Origin: Vicinamibacterales bacterium | GTDB lineage: Bacteria; Acidobacteriota; Vicinamibacteria; Vicinamibacterales; SCN-69-37 | Reading direction: 5' to 3' | DNA length: 64,000 nucleotides | NCBI GenBank assembly: GCA_038319675.1 | Contig: JBBQDM010000018.1 | Coordinates: 17,839 to 81,838 of the forward strand | Position numbers and translations under genes: made by a program | Part shown: positions 8,811-16,540 of the stretch, in pieces | Numbering within the stretch: the first letter of the stretch is position 1 | How the letters are laid out: each line of letters begins with the position of its first letter | Notes under the pieces: model-generated | What the model saw: only the letters and a program-made list of their open reading frames with translations | Database searches by the model: none | Told to the model about the DNA's origin: nothing

Positions 8811-10007
8811 ATGGGATTGCTGACACCGCTCTCACGCGCCGGCTTTAACCTCGTGCATCGGCACCGCCTGATCTACAACGCCTGCTGGGAGGACCCACGG
8901 CTTGACCGGGAGGCTCTCAACCTGGGACCGGACGATTCGATGGTCGCAATCACGTCCGCGGGCTGCAACGTGCTGGATTACGCCCTTGACGGCCCGGCGC
9001 ACATCCACGCCGTGGACCTCAACCCACGGCAGAACGCGCTTCTCGAACTCAAGCAGGCCGGTATTCGCAGCCTCCCGCATGCGGATTTCTTCGAGCTCTT
9101 CGGGAAGGGCCACCACCCCGGGTGGCATGACCTGTACAGGCCACAATTGCGGGAGCAACTCTCCCCATGGGCCGCGCGGTTCTGGGACATGCACGGGGAC
9201 TTCTTCAGTGGCGCCACACGCCGGGGCACCTTTTACTTTCACGGCACCACGGGCCTTGTGGCCTGGATGATTAAGGCCTATCTCGATCGCGTCATTCGTG
9301 TGCGTGAGGATGTGCGTGCGTTGCTCGAGGCCCAGTCGGTGGATGCCCAGCGCGACATCTACGATCGCCGCATCCGTGAGCGGCTCTTCCAGCCACTGGT
9401 GTCCTGGCTGCTCAACCGTGACGCCACACTCGCGTTGGTCGCGGTGCCGCGTGCGCAGCGTGAACACCTCGAGCGTGACTACCCTCGCGGCATCTCGCAG
9501 TTCATTGCTGAACGCATTGAACACGTCTTCACGCGACTGCCGCTGTCGGACAACTACTTCTGGCGCGTCTACCTGCAGGGGCACTACGACCCTACGTGTT
9601 GTCCGGCGTACCTTACACCGTCCGGGTTCGCCGACCTCAAGGCGGGACTCGTGGATCGCATCACAACACACACCACGTCGATCGAGCAATTCCTCCGCAC
9701 CCACGACTCCCCCATCTCGACATTTGTGCTGCTCGATCATATGGATTGGTTGTGCGGGGCCGACCTGCCGGCACTCGAGCGAGAATGGCAGGCCATTGTT
9801 GACAAAGCGGCGCCGGGCGCACGCATCATCTGGCGCAGTGGCGGCCGACACACCGACTTCGTCGACGCCTTGCCCGTCCGTGTGCGCGGCCGGCGGCGAC
9901 AGGTCGGGTCCCTGCTGCACTACTCACCCCATGTGACGGCCCGGCTGCACAATCTGGATCGCGTGCATACCTACGGCAGTTTTCATCTCGCCGAGCTCAC
10001 ATGTTGA
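8811..10007 (+). CDS. btaA: SAM:diacylglycerol 3-amino-3-carboxypropyl transferase (DUF3419), betaine lipid synthesis
   Basis: LIYNACWEDP, ITSAGCNVLDY, VDLNPRQNALLELK, DNYFW, LLDHMDW, DRVHTYGSF motifs of BtaA/BTA1. Confidence 0.9.
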   Translation: MGLLTPLSRAGFNLVHRHRLIYNACWEDPRLDREALNLGPDDSMVAITSAGCNVLDYALDGPAHIHAVDLNPRQNALLELKQAGIRSLPHADFFELFGKGHHPGWHDLYRPQLREQLSPWAARFWDMHGDFFSGATRRGTFYFHGTTGLVAWMIKAYLDRVIRVREDVRALLEAQSVDAQRDIYDRRIRERLFQPLVSWLLNRDATLALVAVPRAQREHLERDYPRGISQFIAERIEHVFTRLPLSDNYFWRVYLQGHYDPTCCPAYLTPSGFADLKAGLVDRITTHTTSIEQFLRTHDSPISTFVLLDHMDWLCGADLPALEREWQAIVDKAAPGARIIWRSGGRHTDFVDALPVRVRGRRRQVGSLLHYSPHVTARLHNLDRVHTYGSFHLAELTC

Positions 10008-10714
10008 CCATCCGCGTGTGGCGCGATGCACGCACACTCGCGCATCTCGTGCGGCCGAGCCGACGCCACGCCCAACACGCCGACCGACTCGAAGACTTCT
10101 ACCGGGGCCAGGCCGACGACTACGACGGATTCCGGGAGCAGCTGCTGCCCGGGCGACGCGAGTTGGTGCAGAGCCTGCCGTTGCGTCCGGGTGCGACGTG
10201 GATCGACCTGGGCGGCGGCACGGCGCGCAACCTCGAACATGCCGGGCCGGCCCTCGCCTCGCTGGCCGCCGTCCATGTTGTCGACCTCACGCCCTCGCTG
10301 CTCACCATCGCTGAACGCAGGTGCCGCACACGCGGATGGTCGAACGTCCACCTCATCAACGGCGACGCGACCGCCACAGGACTGCCGAGCGGTGTGGCCG
10401 ACGTGGTGACGTGTTCGTACGCGCTCACGATGATTCCGGACTGGCGTGCCGCGATTGAAGAAGCACGGCGATTGTTGAAGCCCGGCGGCACGTTTGGTGC
10501 CGTGGACTTCTACGTGGCACCGACTCACCCACCACTGACGCGCCGCGTCTGGCCGTGGTGGTTCCGGCACAGTCACGTGCTGTTGAACCCGGACCACCTG
10601 CCCTGCCTGCAGGAACGGTTCATGACCACCACGCTGGCGGAGCGGCGCACGTCGCTGCCGTACGTGCCCGTCGGACAAGTGCCGTACTACCGCTTCACCG
10701 GCCTCCGGCCCTGA
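10001..10714 (+). CDS. btaB: SAM-dependent N-methyltransferase of betaine lipid (DGTS) synthesis
   Basis: LEDFYRGQADDYD, WIDLGGGTARN, SYALTMIPDW, VDFYV; overlaps btaA stop. Confidence 0.85.
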   Translation: MLTIRVWRDARTLAHLVRPSRRHAQHADRLEDFYRGQADDYDGFREQLLPGRRELVQSLPLRPGATWIDLGGGTARNLEHAGPALASLAAVHVVDLTPSLLTIAERRCRTRGWSNVHLINGDATATGLPSGVADVVTCSYALTMIPDWRAAIEEARRLLKPGGTFGAVDFYVAPTHPPLTRRVWPWWFRHSHVLLNPDHLPCLQERFMTTTLAERRTSLPYVPVGQVPYYRFTGLRP

Positions 10715-10752
10715 GGACGCCAGTCAGAGGCATCAGTTCCTCAATGCAGTTT

Positions 10753-10871
10753 CACAGGGAGATACGGAGGCACGGAGCGTGCTGAAGTGTCACCATGGAG
10801 GACATGGAGCTCCATGGAGTTGCACGACGCGTTTGAAGAGCGGGGTTGAGCGCCCGGCGTGCCTCCCTGTG
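10753..10871. repeat. REP-like inverted element enclosing three CATGGAG 9-bp-period repeats, between convergent genes
   Basis: CACAGGGAG...GAGGCACG on the left pairs with CGTGCCTCCCTGTG on the right; inner CATGGAGGA-CATGGAGCT-C-CATGGAG. Confidence 0.5.
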
Positions 10872-10895
10872 CAACGAAGACCTGCCCAACCAGCC

Positions 10896-12113
10896 CTACT
10901 CCATCACCGGCGTCATGGGTGCCGCCTCTGGCGGTGGCCACGCCACCGACGTCGGTGCCCCCGTCGTCCGATCACGCCACTCAAGCACATGTGCCAGCGG
11001 CTTGCGGACGGGCTGCCAGGCCAGCAGTCGTACTGCCGACATCACCGACCGCAGCCAGAGTGGTCCTCCGTTGGGCCAATGACGCGACAGCGGCGTCATC
11101 CCCTGCGTCGTCTGGCACGACACACGATCGGTCCAGTGCTGCCATCCTTCCGGATAGTGCCGATAGGCTGACAACACATCGGCCACGGAGGCCACCGTGC
11201 GGCTGACGATGTGTTCGCGGTAGGCGGGCATGGTGATCACCGTGCTGATCCCTGCCTTGATTTCGTGGACGAAGCCGGTGAACGAACTGGCGTGGCTCAG
11301 ATTGATCAGCGCGTTGGGCGCACATGCGTGCCGGTCGCCGCCCGAAATGAGCGGGTGCCCACTCTCGCGCGCGAGCGCGACGGTCTCAAGGTTCTCGCCC
11401 CACGAGCGGTAGCCGTTCAGCTCCAGCGCGTGCATCAAGTGGCCGTGTTCTGCGAGGAATCGGGTCAGCAGTCGGCGGTGGGCCGCTGGCCCCACAGCAG
11501 CGAGGTCCCACATGGGATGGTTGAGCACCACCAGAATATCGTTAGTGGATGTCAGGTCCGAGAGCACTTCGGCGAGGGGTTCCGTGGTCGGGTCCGCCGT
11601 GAACGCGGCCAGGCGATCAAACCAGGCACACGCCGAGTCGGGAGGCAGATTGTGAACACCCAAGTGCAGGAAGCCCGCACCGTAGGGCGCCGTCCACTCG
11701 AACGAGACCGGGGCGCACCGCGGACTGAACGTCTGTTGCAGTTCGACGCCGGCGATGATGCTGTCGTGGTCGGTCACCGAGACAATGGCTGACAGGCCCA
11801 GTTTGGTGATCTGGCTGGCTTCCGAATCAAAGACCCCACGCGGGCTCACCGGAGGGTGCCACCATCCCTTGGCGAAGTCCACCTGACCGCCCATGTGCAC
11901 TTCCTGCTGATGCAGGTCGCGATCAAAGAGACTGCCGACCACGGGGATGCGCGCGACGTAGAGCGGCAGGTGGGCGAGACTCTCGCGCGAGTGGTGCGTG
12001 TGGGCATGCAGGGAGACGCCCGACAGAAACTCGCGACTGAGATCCTGTGTCTTTTTCGAGGCGCGTAGTTCAGTGGGAACCCAACGGCGTGAAACCGGTG
12101 TGCGTGCTGTCAT
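10896..12113 (-). CDS. PHP-fold metal-dependent phosphoesterase
   Basis: SLHAHTHHS, VTDHD, LHLGVHN, LNHP, ELNG, GGDRH motifs; start moved to ATG 12113. Confidence 0.8.
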   Translation of the reverse strand: MTARTPVSRRWVPTELRASKKTQDLSREFLSGVSLHAHTHHSRESLAHLPLYVARIPVVGSLFDRDLHQQEVHMGGQVDFAKGWWHPPVSPRGVFDSEASQITKLGLSAIVSVTDHDSIIAGVELQQTFSPRCAPVSFEWTAPYGAGFLHLGVHNLPPDSACAWFDRLAAFTADPTTEPLAEVLSDLTSTNDILVVLNHPMWDLAAVGPAAHRRLLTRFLAEHGHLMHALELNGYRSWGENLETVALARESGHPLISGGDRHACAPNALINLSHASSFTGFVHEIKAGISTVITMPAYREHIVSRTVASVADVLSAYRHYPEGWQHWTDRVSCQTTQGMTPLSRHWPNGGPLWLRSVMSAVRLLAWQPVRKPLAHVLEWRDRTTGAPTSVAWPPPEAAPMTPVME

Positions 12114-12120
12114 GGCACAG

Positions 12121-12175
12121 ACGGTAGTACGTGGACACGACAGCGAATCAACATTCGCGAGACAACAGCGTGACA
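12121..12175 (-). promoter_or_regulatory. Pho-box-like array (four hexamers at 11-bp period) plus -10 TACCGT for the PHP gene
   Basis: Minus-strand TGTCAC (12175-70), TGTCTC (12164-59), TGTTGA (12153-48), TGTCGT (12142-37); 10 nt gap; TACCGT (12126-21); ATG 7 nt later. Confidence 0.55.
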
Positions 12176-12202
12176 TTTCAATTTACGGACGTGTGTTCGA
12201 TT

Positions 12203-12235
12203 TGACATCTGAGCGTCATGTCCACGCGCGATGCT
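12203..12235 (+). promoter_or_regulatory. Pho-box-like pair plus -10-like GATGCT for the glycosyltransferase operon
   Basis: TGACAT 12203 and CGTCAT 12214 (11-bp period); 10 nt gap; GATGCT 12230-35. Confidence 0.4.
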
Positions 12236-12243
12236 GTCGGTGT

Positions 12244-12334
12244 TCGCGGCGGGGACTGCCCGGCCGGCAACGGAGACCCCAGGCGGATGTCCTGTGTTCC
12301 CCGCCTTCTGCCGAGTGCCGGGCAGCCGCCGCGA
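12244..12334 (+). other. Long interrupted stem-loop in the presumed 5' leader of the glycosyltransferase operon
   Basis: TCGCGGCGG/CCGCCGCGA, CTGCCCGGC/GCCGGGCAG, CGGCA/TGCCG and AGGCGG/CCGCCT nested pairings. Confidence 0.6.
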
Positions 12335-12357
12335 CCTCCATCACGAGAGAAGGTGTC

Positions 12358-13494
12358 GTGCCCACCATCGCGGTCATCACCGACAACGATTTCGACAAAG
12401 TGAATGGCGTCACCACTACCCTCAAGGCGGTGTTGCAGCATGCTCCCTCGGACGTGCGCGTGCGGGTGTACACGTCGGCCGACTTGTCCGTCGACACGCC
12501 GGACTACTGCGCCATGGCCTCCTGGGGTGTAGGACTGCCCTGGTACCCGGAGATGCGCATCTATTGGCCCCACGTCGAACGCTTGCGCCGACGATTGGTC
12601 GCTGATGGGGTGCAGTTGCTGCATCTGACGACGCCGGGGCCGATGGGACTGGCAGCGCGGTGGCTCTGTCGGCGGGCAGGCATCCCGATGGTCGGCAGTT
12701 ATCACACCCACCTGGGCGACTACGTCACGACCTTCAGTGGATCGAATGCACTCGGTGACGGACTCGAGCGCTACATGCGCTGGCTGTATGCCCCGTGCGA
12801 CACCGTGCTCGTTCCCTCGGCCGCCACACGCACACGTCTGCAGGCGTGCGGTTATCCCGGCGCCCAGTTACAGGTGTGGTCGCGTGGCGTGGACACCACA
12901 TGCTTTCGGCCGGACGCCCGGTCGGCCGCACTGCGGGAGTCCTGGCACGTCAGCGACCGTCGTCCGGCGATTCTGTACGCCGGACGCCTGTCATCCGAAA
13001 AAGGGCTCGCGATCATGGGACAGGTGCAGCAATACCTGCTGCGGCGCGGACTGGCACACCGGTTTGTGTTCGTCGGCGATGGCCCGATGCGCCAGGCCCT
13101 GGCCACCCAGTGTCCGGACGCGGTGTTTCTGGGCAGTGTGTCTCACCGACAGGTGGCCGCTGCGATGGCCTCCGCTGACCTCTTCCTGTTTCCCAGCGCC
13201 ACGGACTCACTCGGCAACGTGGTGCTTGAAGCACAGGCGTCAGGCCTGCCGGTGCTGGTGACCGATCAGGGAGGCCCGCAGGAACACATGGGGCATGGCA
13301 CCACGGGCTGGGTGTGTCCGGCCGGCGACGCTGCGGCCTTTGTCGATCGCATCGCGCCGCTTCTGGCGGACGTGGCACTCCGGCGCCGCATGAGTGAGTC
13401 CGCGGTCGCGTACGCCGCGACACGCAGTTGGCGGGTGGCGCTTGAACCCCTGTATACGGCATGGCGAATGGCCGCGGGACGGAAGGCGGCATGA
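12358..13494 (+). CDS. GT4 glycosyltransferase, Agt-like diacylglycerol glycosyltransferase candidate
   Basis: ITDNDFDKVNGVTTTL, TPGPMG, SYHT, WSRGVD, YAGRLSSEKG, DSLGNVVLEAQASGLPV. Confidence 0.85.
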   Translation: MPTIAVITDNDFDKVNGVTTTLKAVLQHAPSDVRVRVYTSADLSVDTPDYCAMASWGVGLPWYPEMRIYWPHVERLRRRLVADGVQLLHLTTPGPMGLAARWLCRRAGIPMVGSYHTHLGDYVTTFSGSNALGDGLERYMRWLYAPCDTVLVPSAATRTRLQACGYPGAQLQVWSRGVDTTCFRPDARSAALRESWHVSDRRPAILYAGRLSSEKGLAIMGQVQQYLLRRGLAHRFVFVGDGPMRQALATQCPDAVFLGSVSHRQVAAAMASADLFLFPSATDSLGNVVLEAQASGLPVLVTDQGGPQEHMGHGTTGWVCPAGDAAAFVDRIAPLLADVALRRRMSESAVAYAATRSWRVALEPLYTAWRMAAGRKAA

Positions 13495-13943
13495 CCTGGG
13501 CCTGGAACTGGAAGTCAGCGGTAGTCAGCGCCGTCTGTCGGGCGTCTATTTTTTTTGCGGTGAACCTGTCGGTCGGACTCGACGCGGCGCTTGCCGCGAT
13601 GCAGGTGGAGTTCCTCTACCGCATCGTGGCCGCTGGGTTCTACGGATCCCTCACGCAGTACTTTTCCCAATTGCCCTCTGAGCGTACCGCCACGATAGCC
13701 GCCATGTGTGTAGTGCCGGGTTTGGCACACCTCGTGGAGTTCGCGGTGCATGCATGGGCAGGCACGCCGGTGCTGGGCTGGAGCCTCGCCGGGTCGGTGG
13801 CGTTCAGCCTCGTCACCACCCGTTTCAATCTGTTTGCGATGCGGCGTGGAGTCCTCACCGTGGGCCACGGCAGCGCATCGTGGTGGCACGACATCAAAGC
13901 GATTCCCACTCTGGTCGTCGCCTTCGTCAGCAGGACCTCGTGA
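13491..13943 (+). CDS. Small integral membrane protein of unknown function
   Basis: About four hydrophobic segments; ATGA/GTGA overlaps with both neighbouring glycosyltransferases. Confidence 0.7.
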   Translation: MTWAWNWKSAVVSAVCRASIFFAVNLSVGLDAALAAMQVEFLYRIVAAGFYGSLTQYFSQLPSERTATIAAMCVVPGLAHLVEFAVHAWAGTPVLGWSLAGSVAFSLVTTRFNLFAMRRGVLTVGHGSASWWHDIKAIPTLVVAFVSRTS

Positions 13944-15229
13944 GCAAACGCAGCGTACACATCACCAACGCCTGGCACGGCACGTCCGGGGGGATCCGAA
14001 CCTTCTACGAAGCATTGCTGGCCGGTGCCGAGCGCCATCGACGTCATCTCGCTCTGATTGTGCCGGGGGAACGCACCACCTGCGAACAACGCGGTCCGTT
14101 CACTCGTGTCTATACCATTCGCGCGCCGCACAGCCCGGTGTTTGATCGCCGCTACCGGGTGCTGCTGCCGCACCGGTATCTGCACGGCACACGGTCACCG
14201 ATCTGGCGCATCCTCAACCGGGAACAACCGGACGTGGTGGAAACCTGCGACAAGTACCTGCTGCCGTTCCTCAACGGCGTACTCAAGTTCTACGCGGGCG
14301 ACGCGCCTCGCCCCACCCTGGTCGGGCTCAGTTGCGAACGCATGGACGACAACGTGCGCGTCTGGCTGGGCGGCGGACGGGCGACCCTGGCCGCCACACG
14401 GGCCTATCTGCGGCGCGTGTATCTGCCGCTGTTTGACGGCCACATCGCCAACTCGGAGTACACCGCGCAGGAACTGCGGTCGGTCCTCGCGCAACACGGC
14501 GACGCCGACTGGCGGTTGCGTCGCCTGCACGACAGGGTGCGTGTCGGCCACATGGGGGTGGACGTCGACGGATTCAGCCCTGACCGGCGCTCCGACGCGA
14601 TTCGGGAACGACTGTTGGCCAGCGTGGGCGGCAGCCGCACGTCCACACTGCTGCTCTATGCGGGCCGCGTGTCCCCCGAAAAACACGTGATGAGTCTGCC
14701 GACCATGGTGCGCACGCTCGTGCAGCGCGGGGTGGATGCGCGCCTGGTGATCTGTGGTGATGGGCCGCTGCGCGAAACACTGGAACGTACTGCCGCACTC
14801 GAGGCGCCGGGGCGCATTACGGTACTGGGCCATGTGTCGCGAACCGCGCTGGCCGCTGTGCTTGCCAGCGCTGACGTGTTCATCCATCCCAATCCCCACG
14901 AACCCTTCGGCATTGGGCCCCTGGAGGCGATGGCATCAGGGCTGCCAGTGGTGCTCCCCCGCGCGGGTGGTGTGCTCAGCTACGCCACCGATGACAATGC
15001 GTGGCTGACCGACGCGACAGCTGAAGGCCTGGCCGGCACGGTGTACGAGTTACTCGGCCGACAGCTGCTGGCAGAGTCTCGACGCGCCGCGGCCCTTGCG
15101 CACGTCCCGCACATGGCGTGGCCGGCCGCCGTGGACACCTACTTTGATCACTACGACGAGATTGACGAGACCCGGCGCCGGCAACTGGTGCGCCACGTCC
15201 CAGGCGAAGGTGTGCGCACTCCCGCATAA
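13940..15229 (+). CDS. GT4 glycosyltransferase (MgtA/PimB-like)
   Basis: SGGIRTFY N-terminal motif, YAGRVSPEK, EPFGIGPLEAMASGLPVV. Confidence 0.85.
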   Translation: MSKRSVHITNAWHGTSGGIRTFYEALLAGAERHRRHLALIVPGERTTCEQRGPFTRVYTIRAPHSPVFDRRYRVLLPHRYLHGTRSPIWRILNREQPDVVETCDKYLLPFLNGVLKFYAGDAPRPTLVGLSCERMDDNVRVWLGGGRATLAATRAYLRRVYLPLFDGHIANSEYTAQELRSVLAQHGDADWRLRRLHDRVRVGHMGVDVDGFSPDRRSDAIRERLLASVGGSRTSTLLLYAGRVSPEKHVMSLPTMVRTLVQRGVDARLVICGDGPLRETLERTAALEAPGRITVLGHVSRTALAAVLASADVFIHPNPHEPFGIGPLEAMASGLPVVLPRAGGVLSYATDDNAWLTDATAEGLAGTVYELLGRQLLAESRRAAALAHVPHMAWPAAVDTYFDHYDEIDETRRRQLVRHVPGEGVRTPA

Positions 15230-15260
15230 GCCACCGGCCAGCGGCCCGGTCGCTCCGCCC

Positions 15261-16115
15261 CTACCCCCGCGCGCGTTTGCGCGGAGCAGCCGCTTTGGTG
15301 GCACGTGCCGACACCACCTTGGCGGCCTTCTTCTTGTTGGCCGACACGCGCTCCAGGCTCTGGCGCAGCGCCTCCATCAGGTTCACCACCTTCGGCGGTG
15401 CCTCATCAATCGACGCCACGATCTCTTCGCCGGCGATCTTGGCGTCGATAATGCGCCGCAGTTCCTCCTGATACGCGTCCTTGTACTGCGTCAGATCCCC
15501 GTCGACCTCGAAGTTGCCGATCACCTGTCTGGCCAGCTTCAATTCGCCTGGATTGATCGTGGCCGGCACGGTCTTCAGTTCCTCGATCTCCTGCATCGCA
15601 CGCACTTCACTGGCGTGCCGCAGCGTGTACATCACAAGCCCGTTCTCGCGAGGCTGGATGGCCACCAGGTACTCCCGCCCGTACAGCGCCACCTTGCCGA
15701 CCGCCGCCTTGCCCTTCATGCTCTCGCGCATCACGGCAAACGCATCAGCCGCCACCTGTCCGTCAGGCGCCAGATAATACGGCCGCTCGACATAGACCGG
15801 GTCGATCACGGACGCGTCGGTGAACTGCACCACGTTGATCACGCGTGTGGATTCTGTCTTCACCTTCGCCATGTCCTCATCGTCCATGACGACGTATTTG
15901 CCTTTTTCGAATTCGTAGCCCTTCACCAGATCGGTGGTGGCCACTTCGGTCTGGCAGGTCGGACACCACTTCTTCTGCTGAATCCGTGTCTGACACTCAC
16001 GGTGCAACTGATTGAAGCTGATGGTGGCCGCCGCATCCGTGGCGGGAAACACCCGCACCGGAATGTTGACCAGACTGATTTTGAGATATCCCTTCCACGT
16101 CGCACGCGCGGCCAT
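15261..16115 (-). CDS. ku: Non-homologous end joining protein Ku
   Basis: ARATWKGYLKISLVNIPV, ISFNQLH, VKGYEFEKG, YYLAP, VVNLMEALRQSL and basic tail; GGAGG RBS. Confidence 0.95.
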   Translation of the reverse strand: MAARATWKGYLKISLVNIPVRVFPATDAAATISFNQLHRECQTRIQQKKWCPTCQTEVATTDLVKGYEFEKGKYVVMDDEDMAKVKTESTRVINVVQFTDASVIDPVYVERPYYLAPDGQVAADAFAVMRESMKGKAAVGKVALYGREYLVAIQPRENGLVMYTLRHASEVRAMQEIEELKTVPATINPGELKLARQVIGNFEVDGDLTQYKDAYQEELRRIIDAKIAGEEIVASIDEAPPKVVNLMEALRQSLERVSANKKKAAKVVSARATKAAAPRKRARG

Positions 16116-16229
16116 CTGAGCCTCCCTCGCAAGCACTTGTTGCTGAATCATGATTATCGGCCCGATCGGCCCAGGGATGCACCTGCACACAATTGCACAC
16201 CGGGGTCTATCCGGAGGTGAGTCCGGATT

Positions 16230-16487
16230 TTCACCATGGGGGTCATGGAGGGCCATGGAGAAGAAGACCGTTCGCCAGGTTACGGACGCCCGGGGAGCGG
16301 GTTGGGTGCCGCCAAGGGCGGCAGCTGCGGGTGGGGGATGGTCACGAACGAAAGCCCCGGGCGCAAACAAGCGGTGGATTAGTTCGTGTCCCACCCCCCC
16401 CCGCACGGCCACGCGTTGCCTGGCCCCCAACCCTCACGGATCACAGCACACGTATTCTCCATGGCCCCCCATGACCTTCATGGTGAA
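16230..16487. repeat. 258-nt nested inverted-repeat element (MITE-like or structured RNA) in the ku-ligD intergenic region
   Basis: 33-bp terminal arms 16230-16262 / 16455-16487 (3 mismatches); inner GGGTTGGG/CCCAACCC, TGCGGG/CCCGCA, CACGAAC/GTTCGTG pairings. Confidence 0.65.
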
Positions 16488-16540
16488 CAGCTCTATTGCT
16501 CGAAGATCACACCCTCCTCTCAGACCTGTAAAATCCAGAA

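Noticed and set aside
16230-16487. Annotating the ku-ligD rod structure as 6S RNA
   Set aside because: Longer than typical, no recognisable conserved central-bubble sequence, and the arms belong to a repeat family seen elsewhere in the window; left as an open finding
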